Both the position numbers and the translations under genes were made by a program. The notes under the pieces are model-generated. The model saw nothing but the letters and a program-made list of their open reading frames with translations. It made no database searches and had not been told where the DNA came from. A stretch of DNA of 54,491 nt, filler included, from Jimgerdemannia flammicorona (taxonomy: Eukaryota), in assembly GCA_003990765.1 (NCBI GenBank). It is 2 parts of 2 records of this genome, joined end to end, with 100 filler letters (N's around TTAATTAATTAA, not from the genome) between each part and the next. Parts side by side here need not be neighbours in the genome. Positions count along the whole stretch, not along the records: positions 27,303 to 54,491 come from RBNJ01000653.1; 1 more part is not named here. One strand, written 5' to 3'. Position 1 is the first letter of the stretch. Each line of letters starts with the position of its first letter. Of the stretch, positions 33,601 to 44,438 are shown piece after piece.

Positions 33601-35520
33601 GCTGTAGAACTGTACTTCATCTCCCAAGGTTATGAGGATGTTACTAATAAGAGGTAATGGTTTGTGATCTTTCTTGGTAACCAAATTGAGCTTTCTGTAA
33701 TCAGTATAGAGTCTTGGGGTGAATTCTCCTGACTTACTTTCTTTTTTTAGGGCTAGTACAACTGGTGAAGTCCAGGGGCTGCTGGCTTCTTTAATGATTT
33801 TGACTTCTTTCATCTGTTTGATTTCTTCTCTATGTCATTTATGGTAGACTGGTAGTATTGGTCTTGCTTTTTGGTAGATTGGTTCAGTGTCTCCTATATC
33901 TATATCATAATAGTAGTATGGAGTCTTTTTTTTGATATTCTTGAAATTCATAACTAGGATATTCTTGAATTCATAGAGAATCTTCTTGAGTTCCTTCTTG
34001 AGAAAAAATTTGTTTTCAATGGTATAGCTATGCTTGTTCATCATTTCCTCCTTCTTGTAATCCAGTTTGGTAATTTTGATACTAGCAAATACTCCTCTTC
34101 CTATAGATCTGAATTCTTTTCATCCTCTTTCTATTTCCTCCAACTTCTTGATTCTATGATTCTTGGCTGAAGAACTAGGAAGATCAATATCTGTATTAGT
34201 CAGTCCTTCTTCTTGATTGGAAATAGAATTGTAGAATTGTAGAATTGTAGTTCCTAGTAATGAGTAGTATTTCTCTAATATAATCTAAATCGATGACTCC
34301 TCCTTCAATTGTAATTTTACTCTTAGCCAGGCTACTTTTGTCTTAAGAATTCTGACATGGTTCTTTGGAAGAGCCATCTCCAGACCAGTTGTAAGTAGGG
34401 TGATTGTCTGGGGCTCTAATACAGTTTCTTTTACTATTGTGATATCTATTCCAGCTACATTATCTGACTTATATTCTGGTAGAACTGTATCAAAGTGGAT
34501 CCTCTGAATCTTGAACTTGATTTCTTTCTCATCATTACTCTCCTCTAGGAGGACTAGTGGTTCATCATCCTCTTTCTCCTTCTCTTCTCTTATATACTTT
34601 TTGAGAGCCTTCTGTCTTCTTTTCTAATAGATCTTTCTGATGCTAATGCTATATTAGTAGCAGTCATTGATGTGCTCACTATAGTAAATCTTAATTTCAT
34701 AGAGACAGACTCCTTGTGGTATATATTTTTCTACAATCTTTCTGCATCAGTCTTCTTCACTAATCTATTCAACTTTCTTCTTCTTTTTCTGAGTAGTCAC
34801 TATATAGGCTTCTTTTTGCTCACTTTCTTCTTCCTCTATCTCAGGTAGCACTTCTTTATTGACATTAATGGAAATTTGCATCTTCTGACCTTAGTAGATG
34901 ATTTGTATTCAAATTAATTATTGTCTTGACTTTATGAAGCCACTGGTTGAGAATATCATAGTTGGTGACATTGATCATGATTATATCTACTAGAATAGTT
35001 GCTTTCTCAAACTTGATGGAAATATCTTGAAACTTTTTCAGAGGTGTGGCTCTTGTACTGTCTACTGTGATAAATACCAATTTGGTTACTTCTTCAACTT
35101 CCCAATCTAGGCAGTCTGCTGTTTTCTTGCTGAGGAGATATCCTTCTACTTCTGTATCAATGATGGCTTTGAAGATTCTATCTTCAATCTGATAGATTAT
35201 TTAGGCAGAGGTCTTGTAATTGTCTTTGCTCTCTTTTTCTGAATCTTCTTAAATATTTTTGGCCTTAGTTATCTTTCAGTATTGCTTCTTAGTTATCTTG
35301 GCAAGTCTATATCTCATTTGCTATCTAAATGTGGATATTTCTGCTCTTGATATTAGTGAATATTTATTCTTAAACTGATAGACCTGGGTGGCTTCTTGAT
35401 CTAGCTATTTGATAGATAGCAGTATTTTGTTTTATTATAGATTTTCTATTTGTGGTTGATGCTTTGTACTTTTTCTCTTAATGTTTCTTTTATATCTTGA
35501 AGGTCTTCTTCTTTAGTCCA
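30628..35520 (-). mobile_element. Gypsy-like family 2, copy D (strongly mutated): protease, dUTPase, RT, RNase H // integrase // extra ORF, 3' LTR 30628-31080
   Basis: KAIIDTEV (protease ~35150), SSPWTSPVVLALKK..PRLYTDYRKLN, ILDLYSEFYQI (RT), integrase and extra ORF colinear with copy C, PPT at 31082-31090. 5' end lost. Confidence 0.9.
34255..34500 (-). pseudogene. dut: dUTPase domain between protease and RT in copy D
   Basis: SDNVAGIDIT (motif 1), LLTTGLEMALPKNH, SLAK (motif 2), IEGGVIDLDYIREI (motif 3). Confidence 0.8.
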
Positions 35521-35923
35521 GAGAGTAGAGTTATCTGACTAGTATTAGTATACCACTAAACTTATCATGAGTTATTATAAATTCAGTTACAGATCATCTT
35601 ATGATTAAGTTGAGTTATAGTTGAGTCATAATTAGCAATCAGTGGCTTGTAAAGTTAAGACAGACTTCCAAATTCTGATATCACTTATTTCAAAGATACA
35701 TATCATTACAATATAAATACTATAATAATAATTAAAAGATACTCTAAAAATAGATTATACTTTAGTAAGAGCTGATATAATAAGTAAATAATATAGTATT
35801 GCTAAATGATAGATATATTCAACATAGTATAGTTATTTATATCTAATTACTTATATATACATACTACTTCTTATAATTAGCTAAAGATATAAAATCAGAT
35901 TTATTGATCTATATTCTAAGAAC

Positions 35924-36362
35924 TAGTACTCTCAAATATTTAAATCAATTTAAATTAAATTAAATTTAGAGTTATTGAATCAAATTAAATTAAAGATTTT
36001 TTAATTGGAATAAATTTCAAATTGAATTAAATTCAAATGGAATCAAGAGTTTGATTTGAATTCTATTTTTTGAAATATAATAACTTGATAAATATATGTC
36101 CAAATTTAATGATATTTAACTTATTAGATTCATCTTATATAGAAGAATCTAATAAGCTAAAGACTGTTAAATTTGAATGTATATTTGTCAAGTTAATAAA
36201 TTTCAAAAAATAGAGTTTAAATGGAATTTTAAATCAAATTAGCATTTGATTCAATTTGAATTAAATTGAATTAGATCTTTGATTTAATTAAATTGAACTA
36301 AATTGGTATTTGATTTGATTTAAATTAAATTAAATTAGATCTTTAATTTATTGAGAGTACTA
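35924..36362. mobile_element. Fully palindromic non-autonomous hAT-type MITE
   Basis: TIR TAGTACTCTCAA...TTGAGAGTACTA. 8-bp TSD CTAAGAAC / CTAAGGAC (35916-35923, 36363-36370). Arms mirror around ~36138. Confidence 0.85.
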
Positions 36363-36367
36363 CTAAG

Positions 36368-36450
36368 GACACATCTGTATCTATTAGACACATCTGTGTC
36401 TATCAGATATACCTGTACTTACTAGATATACCTGTATTTAATAGATATAT
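36368..36450 (+). repeat. 19-bp tandem repeat (GACACATCTGTATCTATTA-like, about 4 units)
   Basis: Adjacent eroded units directly visible in the sequence. Confidence 0.7.
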
Positions 36451-39036
36451 TCAGTTACTTCCTTTTCTAAATAAATATTATTATACATTCTATAGTTTGC
36501 TACATAGTAATCAGAGAGTAGTCACAACTGTATAAAATACTTCAGAGATAAGAGTATATAAATCTCAGTCTGAAATCAAAGCAAAAGACAATTATCTGAT
36601 ATATATACTTTGGAGGAGAAACCTATCAATAAGCTAATACCAAGAAGTTGTGAGCTATTTTTTCTCTAATCTACTTTGTAATACAAAGCCTGAGTTTTTG
36701 CTAAGTTTAAGTAAAGAACTTTACTATCATTTGAGAGAAATCTATATTATCCTAGTTATTTTCAAAAAGTCCACTATTTTGCCACAAAGCCAGTCTATCA
36801 GATACACTTTTACAATAAATCTATTTATACAAATAAAGCAGTCTTTGATATAACGTTCAGCCAAGAAGAGAAATTTATCATTTTTAAGTAATCTACTAAT
36901 TTAAAAAGAATTTATATTACTCAAATTTCTCATCTAATAAAGAAGACCACCATATTGTCTATGTTATGATTATCAGGATCATTATATAGAAGTTATTTAA
37001 AAAGAAAAATACTTGTACTATACAGAAATTGCTACTACTCCTTTTAATAAAAAAATCCATCAATTATCTGTATTATATATATACAGAAACTCCAAGAATG
37101 CTGTCTAATTAGAAAGGCTGCTGAAATTATCTATATTATACAAAAAAGAGAAATCATTGAATATTTTGTTACTTTTGATAAAGTAACTGAGAGCTCAAGC
37201 CAAACTACTTAGCAGCCCCAATCTTGTAATTTACCTCTATTGAGCCAGTATATTGTATATATATAAGTTATAAATAACTAAATAGTATATTACAAATATC
37301 AATATTATTACTTGAGATTGATAATATAGCAAAGGAAGAGTTGTTCAAGTTTTGAGATATATAGTATATATAGTATATATGCCAAAATATCTGTTGGATA
37401 CAGAGAGCAACCAGAGCTTATATATATATGTACTTATTAACCCAAAGGTTCTGGTTTGATCCCTTCTTAAAGGTAGTGACTGATTTCATATTCATACCAA
37501 ATAGTCAGATGAGATTTTTTTTTTTACTATACCCCTACATAGTGATTCATTTGTGCGGTATTATAATTTGTGAAATTTCTTCATATTTTGGTAAAAGTAC
37601 GGAAAGATGTATAGGCCGAGAGATAGAATGCAGTTTCACAACGGAATGGGATAATTATATTATTAAATTATGATCCTTTCTTTTTTAGATGGTGTTTTTG
37701 TTATCTGTCATCTTAAAGAGCATAAATGCCGAAGAATCTCGAGCGTGCTGATGCCTTTTAAGTTAGAACATCGCGGAAGGTTTCATGTTACCGAACGTGT
37801 CCAAAATTTGTTTGTCCGAATGTAGAGTGAGGACTCATCATTGTACCAAGAACTGATCGTTTTGATAGTTCATCCCTCGGACGTATTTGGAATGGTTTGT
37901 ATTTTTTTAGGCCTTCAAAAACAACTGTATGAAGCCAGGTCATCTCATAGACTGCGCGCACAATCGGACCCTTTAGACCTTCATACTATCGCATTTTTTT
38001 TTTCCCTAGCGTCATACATGGAGCTCGAGCCTGTAACTAATCGTGGCTAGTCATTGCCAGTAACAAAATCGTTGGAACGGAGCAGGTTAGTCCATCCCCT
38101 GTTCCCGGATATCGCATCATTCTCCTATCATACCAGGAATATGGCATTAAATTTACACCTGTACGTTAAAGTTGTTACGGGTGTTCCTCAGTTTCGAAAA
38201 TGGGTTTGTTAATCAGCCGCCTTACGTGGACGATGTCAATTGAATAATCCAAATCAATACGTGAAAATAATTGTGGAGATTCAGTGCCACAAACACGGGG
38301 AACTATCAGGATAAACGTCGTATGTGGGAGGTTATGACATGCGGGCGATCCAAACATCTAGATGTTCTAAATGCCAAGACAGTGCTCAGCAAATGAGACA
38401 TGGATTCGCTGTCAGAAGCTGTGATTTAGTACATATGAAGATCAGACCGATCGGCAATACCTAATAGGGAAATTGCCTGAATCTCATGGCGAATTTTTAA
38501 TTCAAATGTAGCCACTCACATTTCACAAAAATCTATGCTTATTTGTACTCCGAAATTGGTCACGTATTAGCTATTGTTACACGCCATGCATAAAGGAGGT
38601 CAGACCTCCTAAAACGCGTCTTCGCCTTGTAAGTGCTCGCTTTTCATTTGTAGTCACCACGTCCATAATTTTTATCCTTTTTTTTTTTTTTTTGACATTA
38701 TGATTACCAGCATTACATGTTAATTTCGACGTTACATTGTAATTTTGTAAGCGCATCAAAAGTCATCGGATAATTATCCCGATAACTGTAACCGTGAAAG
38801 ACATCTAGAATTGTCTAGCGTGTACAACTTGTGGGTCGAAATTTTTATTTAACAATATGTCATAAACCCGTAAAACGAATAGGAGCAAAAAAACATTAGT
38901 ATTGACGTCCCGGCCGAAACTCCCCACTCGATATACGCCATCCACGCATCATTCTTTGGGTCTAAGTCGCGGTCTTGAACTTTCCAAAATCCGCAATTTG
39001 TCCAAACATAGATGATGTGCTAGATTGTCTGGCGTG

Positions 39037-39044
39037 TATATAAA
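39037..39044 (+). promoter_or_regulatory. TATA box of the secreted-protein gene
   Basis: TATATAAA about 100 bp upstream of ATG 39140, followed by a CT-rich leader. Confidence 0.7.
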
Positions 39045-39139
39045 CCGTTCTTCGCCAGATCGAAATGCCTCACCATCGACACAGACAAACTTCAAAGCGT
39101 AATCTCTACCTTCTCCCCTCTTCCACATCCCTGCACAAT

Positions 39140-39574
39140 ATGAAGTTCATCACCGTTGCTGTCTGCGCCTTGCTCACCACCGTCGCCTTCGCCGCACCCG
39201 TCAAAAAGCCGTCGGATGAGCCCTCCTTGTTATCTCATAGACCCTTCCCGACCGGTTCTTTCTCACATAAGTCGTTCCCAACCGACGAACCAATCCCCTC
39301 GAGTTCCTTCTCACTCCCCCCTGACAATAACTCTGATCGTCATCACCATCGGCCGACTGATACATTCTCGCATGAGCGGCCCTCGGGCTCATATTCTCAT
39401 GAACACCCCTCTGGCACATTCTCTCATGAGCGCCCCTCTGGCTCACTCTCCCATCATCGCCCCTCTGGCTCACCATCCCCTCATCACTCTGGCTCCGTCT
39501 TACTCCACCACCATCGCTCCACCGGCTCGTTCTCCACGCCTTCTGACCTTCCCACTTCCAAATCCACCCCCTAA
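39140..39574 (+). CDS. Small secreted His/Ser/Pro-rich repeat protein, 144 aa
   Basis: MKFITVAVCALLTTVAFA|AP signal peptide, C-ending codon bias, CpG retained, 9-aa SHERPSGSx repeats, TATA upstream, intron right after the stop, AATAAA at 39814-39819. Confidence 0.9.
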   Translation: MKFITVAVCALLTTVAFAAPVKKPSDEPSLLSHRPFPTGSFSHKSFPTDEPIPSSSFSLPPDNNSDRHHHRPTDTFSHERPSGSYSHEHPSGTFSHERPSGSLSHHRPSGSPSPHHSGSVLLHHHRSTGSFSTPSDLPTSKSTP

Positions 39575-39677
39575 GTAAGTGTTAATGTTTTTGAAAAATG
39601 ATCGGTGGTTTTATCTCATGAAAGTGTTGGCCCTTGCAAGCTCGCTGACAAAATCAATATGTTCCCTGTGCCTTCAG
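39575..39677 (+). other. Predicted 3'-UTR spliceosomal intron
   Basis: GTAAGT directly after TAA, branch-like GCTGAC at 39644-39649, pyrimidine tract and CAG ending at 39677. Confidence 0.7.
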
Positions 39678-42600
39678 GCTGGCTTAGGCGAATCTCAACG
39701 TCAACAAAAAGGCGTGTCCAAGGGTAGAAGTTCGGCAACCTCTCAAAACTGCGCATATAAACCCACTCACTGCGCAACTTAACTACAAAATCTAAATATG
39801 CTCATCCTCCGAAAATAAAGAATTTTTATTTTTTTGTCCCTCACGTGTTTCAATATTTGTAACGTGCTACGGAGATTGGACATGTCGAGTTCGTATGTGT
39901 ACTCGTGGGACAGCAGTTGTTCGGTATAAGGGGAATCAAAATCAAATTATTGGACGGAACAAAGATTACCTGGAATTCTCCTTGTAGCAGTACTTGAAAG
40001 TATATTTCTCGTTGGTGTACTGGGCGATTTGTGGGATGGATTTGTATTAAAAATTTTAAGAATATATAAATTCTAAACTGACGACATTGAAAGAGAATAT
40101 TTTGAAATGTAAATAATGGGCTCAACCAGTGCGGAAGTCCTTCTGTTATTGACGCTGAGTCCGTGGAAGGACGTTTTTTTTCTGCTCCCCCCTTTTTCGA
40201 AGCGCTATGCAATAATCGATCTTTCATGCTCTCTCTTGTCACAACATCCCCCCACTGTTGTATGTGTGCTCCTTCATCATCTGCGACTGGAAATTCTCTT
40301 CCCTATTTTGACATAAATCTACCGAGGCCCTCCTGGGCCGCTTGTTCCCTGAGCTTTAGATATTTTTTATCCGTAAAAGTGTAACGTAGCGGACGTGTAA
40401 CAGCAGATTTCCATATCTCTATCAGACTACCAGGGTGAGGCTCAAACTCTTTTGGCCTGAGGTTTATTCACTCTAGATACTAGGTATATTTATACAAGTT
40501 TGTTAGCTATATGTTGGCTAAGTTAAGACTTCTTTTCCTGTGAGTCATTTTGTACAGTTGTGAGATCTGTACATCTATACAAATTGAACATCTGTTCGCT
40601 GTGAGATCGAGTGACTGCTAACTATAATGCTATACTATATTGGGAATCAGATTTGAAGGGATAGCGCGTTAAAGACGTGTATTACTCGATTAGGCAATAT
40701 ACATTTATAATTAGCAATTATGCAATTATTGTTCGCCAACATCCTGACCTCTTCCCATCCCGCTCAATCACTACCATACGGTTTTCACTCCATATATTTC
40801 ACTCACACATTTATTATCTTACTTCGAATAATAATAATACATCATAAAACTAATGTACACAAATAACCTAATATACACACATAACCCAACCTACACCAAT
40901 CCGTGCAAGACCATATACATGGCACGTTTGCGCCACGCTTGCCAAGTCTGCCACATCGCTGGTGACGACTTCCCAGGACGCCACGCTACTGGCTCTATTA
41001 CATACCCCTTATCCCATGATCTCGAGGCCATAATGGCTGCTATTGCCGCATGCACCAACAACGATTATGCCGTCGATTTACCGACCGTTCACCAACTTTC
41101 CCCTGACCTCGCCGGCTCATCTTCCACATCGCCGGCTCATCTTCCACATTGCAGCCTACTCTGACCGAGACACCCATATCGCTGAGCAAGACCAGATTAT
41201 CGCCGCCTTATGTCGCCGCCTCGGAAAAACTCGAGCCCCACTGGCGACGCCTGTTTCTTATTCTGCGCCAATTTCGGTTTTAGGCACTCCTTCAGTCTCC
41301 AGTCGGGTCTCAGGCATTTATCCGGTCTCTGGTCAGGTTCCAGGCATTACTGTCTCGGATTATTTCGTGACAGTTCCATCCGTTTTCTGGCCATCCCACC
41401 CACCTATGGCTGTTCCGCTCCCGGCATTCGCCCGGAGCTCTGCTCTATCCCGGCATCCCACCTCTATTTCCAGCACCCACCCATTTTCTGTATATGGCAA
41501 GCGCTACAAGGCCATTCACAGTGCCTATCCTAATGGCTGCCTCGATGTCGGGTGTAATGCCCTTAGGTGCGTCCCTCTTTTTCCTTCTGCATATGATACC
41601 TCTATCCTCGTCAAGTTCTGACGTGAACCCTACCACGGTTTCCGCTATCATCCACAATACATTTCGCCCACGCAATCTGGGGAAGCTTGTCATCCCCTCT
41701 CCTTCCGTCATTATACCTCACAACCCCCATTTCATTGAGGAAATCGATCCTGCCATTCTTTCTCGCGTTCTACGCCCATGGGAGGTCGCGATCATCAAGG
41801 ATTTTCCAAACCTCCTCACATTACGTGGCCCGCTGCACCTGTCTTTCTACATTCTTCACAACGCTTTTCCAAGCCTCACCGACCCCACCACATTCTTTCG
41901 TTACATCACCGATCCTATTCAATTGAATGTTGATTATCAATGGGAGGCACTCCTCAATTATCACCTCGAATTTCATGCTCGATGGATCACGTCTCCCCTC
42001 TCCCATACTGCTTACATGGCTTGGGCTTCACAGGATGGTGAGCTCAAGTCTTTACACCTTCTCCCTCATCCTCTCTACCCACTGTCTCGAGAACCTCCTA
42101 TTCCTCCGGACCTCCTTGACGCAATCAACCATATTCACCACTAAATGTGTGCCAGGCCTTCAACCACATCGATCGTACCAGTACCATCAACTTCTCTATT
42201 ACTGGCTGCACCCACCAGCAATGTCCTTACCGACACCAATACTCCCGCTGCAGCAAATGTCATGGCCCCTTCTCCTATCCCCCATTTCAAAATTTTCGGG
42301 CATCACCACTGGGCACCGTTGCAAAGAAGGGACCTGCAATGCAGTGTTGCATCCACCATTTATCTTGGCCCCATGGCATGTCTGTCAATGACAGGATCGA
42401 TTTCGCTGTAACATACATGGCCTTTGACCAGGCACTTGACATGGTACGGCGTCACCTTATTATTCAAGGTTGATCTGGCAAACGCCTTCCGACACATCAT
42501 GATTTATCCAGAACACTGGGAACAGCGTCCAGGCTACCCGTCCCCATCTTCCCTGGCATATTCTTGTATCCACCAATTGTTCTCACATCTCCAGCTACCG

Positions 42601-43089
42601 GGCCCCAGATATTACGTTCACCACGGCCATCACGCTTGCATACTTTGGGTTCCTCCGGCCTGGTGAAATTACGTGGGATCACCCCTTCGAACAACCCCTC
42701 ATGCATATCTCTCGGGGCTGCATTGGTTTCCATCCATCCGTCTTTATTCCCGCTCACATCATCCCGACACTCCCCTCCTTCAAGTCAGACCCATTTCAAT
42801 GCCTACTATGCGCCGTTTCTTTTCTCCAGCACCTTTTTCTCTCCTGGACCGCAGGTCAAAACACTTTGTTTCCCTGCCCAGTCAGCAAGCAATTTTGCGA
42901 CGATGGTTGGTCGGCCTTGATCCTTTGGTTATAGCTTCGGATTGGTGCTGCCTCGGATGCCGCGGCTGCTGGACTAGGTCGACCGCTTGTCACCCCTCTC
43001 CGCCTGTGCTGCTTGCGCACCCGCCTACCGTGACCGCATGTCGCCCCCTCCACCTGCGCCACTTGCGCACTCGTTTACCGCAACTGCTT

Positions 43090-43490
43090 GACGCCCCACT
43101 TCTCCGCCACCTTGCCCGGCACATATTCTCATCTGCTCTACACTGGCCTGCGACCGTTTGTCACCCGACTTCTATGCCACCCTGACATCCCTGCGCTGGC
43201 ACATATTCACATCTGTTCTACATTGGCTGGCGACCACTCATCACCCCACTTCCCCGACATTCCCGCACTGGCACATATTCACATCTGTTCCACATTGGCC
43301 CGCAACCACTTGTCGTCTCACTTCTCCACCACCTTGACGTTTCCGTGCTGGCACATATTCACATCTGTTCCACATTGGCCTGTGACTGCTCGTCGCCTCA
43401 CTTCTCTGCCACCTTGACATTCTTGTGCCAGCACATATTCACATCTGTTCTATATTGGCCCGCGACTGCTGATCGCCCCACTTCCTCGCT
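43090..43490 (+). repeat. ~79-bp minisatellite (5 units) inside the YR gene
   Basis: GCACATATTC(A)CATCTG anchors near 43119, 43198, 43271, 43351 and 43430, with mutually similar intervening sequence. Confidence 0.9.
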
Positions 43491-44119
43491 ACTTTGTTAT
43501 TCCCGCACTGACCCATTTTGCAAGGGTATTACTCTTTATATCGCCCGCGCACCTACCGGGCCCATGCGCCATTCTCCTCCTCCGAGCCCTCTTCCTCTCT
43601 TTCCCGGCTCCCCCTGAATTGCCCCTTTTCTGATGATCTGGCTATGCCCCATTCACCAGCGCATGGCTTCTATCTGGCTTACGGCCTCTCCTCACTGCCA
43701 TCGGACTTCCGGCATCCGCTTTTGCCGGACATAGTTTTTGCATCGGGGCCACCTCCGATGCTGCCGAGGCCGGGTCTTCATATTATGAGATTCAAAATCT
43801 TGGGCGGTGGTGTAGTGATGCCTATTGACTCTACATCCGGTTGCCAACTTCCCGGATACTTCATCTAACGACGGCCTTAGCCTCACACACTATCCTTCGA
43901 CCTTTATGACTCGGTCTACGACGACCCGTATAGGACACGCCTTGTCCACTTTATGACGCTATCTGACACCATTTGACGTCAACTTTCACCACCATGGCGT
44001 ATGGCCATGGTTTGGCTTCGCCCCCGTGATGAGAATCGGCCCACGACGACCCATGTAGGATATATACGGTGGCAGTGCAGGTTTCGAGGACCCCGGGCTG
44101 GCATTTATATATTATGCCA

Positions 44120-44438
44120 ATTTTTGGCTCTATCCCCTTCCGACTTGCCACTTTTCCGCCGGGCCAACGATGCTCCATTCTCTCAAGCATGGCTCCTTTT
44201 GGGCCTACAGCTCCTTCTTACGGCTGTCGGGCTGCAAGCATCCACCTTTGCCGGACACAGCTTTCGCATCAGGGCTGCTTCTGACGCCGCCGAGGCTGGG
44301 TTCTCGGATTACAAGATTCAAATTCTTGGGCGGTGGCATAGTGACGCCTATCAACTATATATTTGGATGCCCATCTCTCGCATCCTCTCCTTGACGACGA
44401 TTCTGGCCTCTCATAATATGGCCAGACATGCTACGTGA
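44120..44438 (+). pseudogene. Tyrosine recombinase catalytic C-terminus (second, better preserved copy)
   Basis: LPLF...PFSQAWL..FAGHSFRIRAASDAAEAGFSDYKIQILGRWHSDAYQLYI contains the H-x-x-R, W and Y catalytic signature. A diverged duplicate lies at ~43590-43870. Confidence 0.9.

Noticed and set aside
36450..37400. Possible decayed transposase coding sequence
   Set aside because: CpG-depleted and repeat-like, but no recognisable motif could be read.
39065..39139. Upstream ATG giving a 169-aa version of the secreted protein
   Set aside because: Only ~20 bp from the TATA box and would bury the signal peptide. ATG 39140 has the better context.
43090..43490. CRISPR-like array (31-bp conserved block with 40-48-bp gaps)
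   Set aside because: The 'spacers' are similar to each other, there are no cas genes and the context is eukaryotic. It is a minisatellite.
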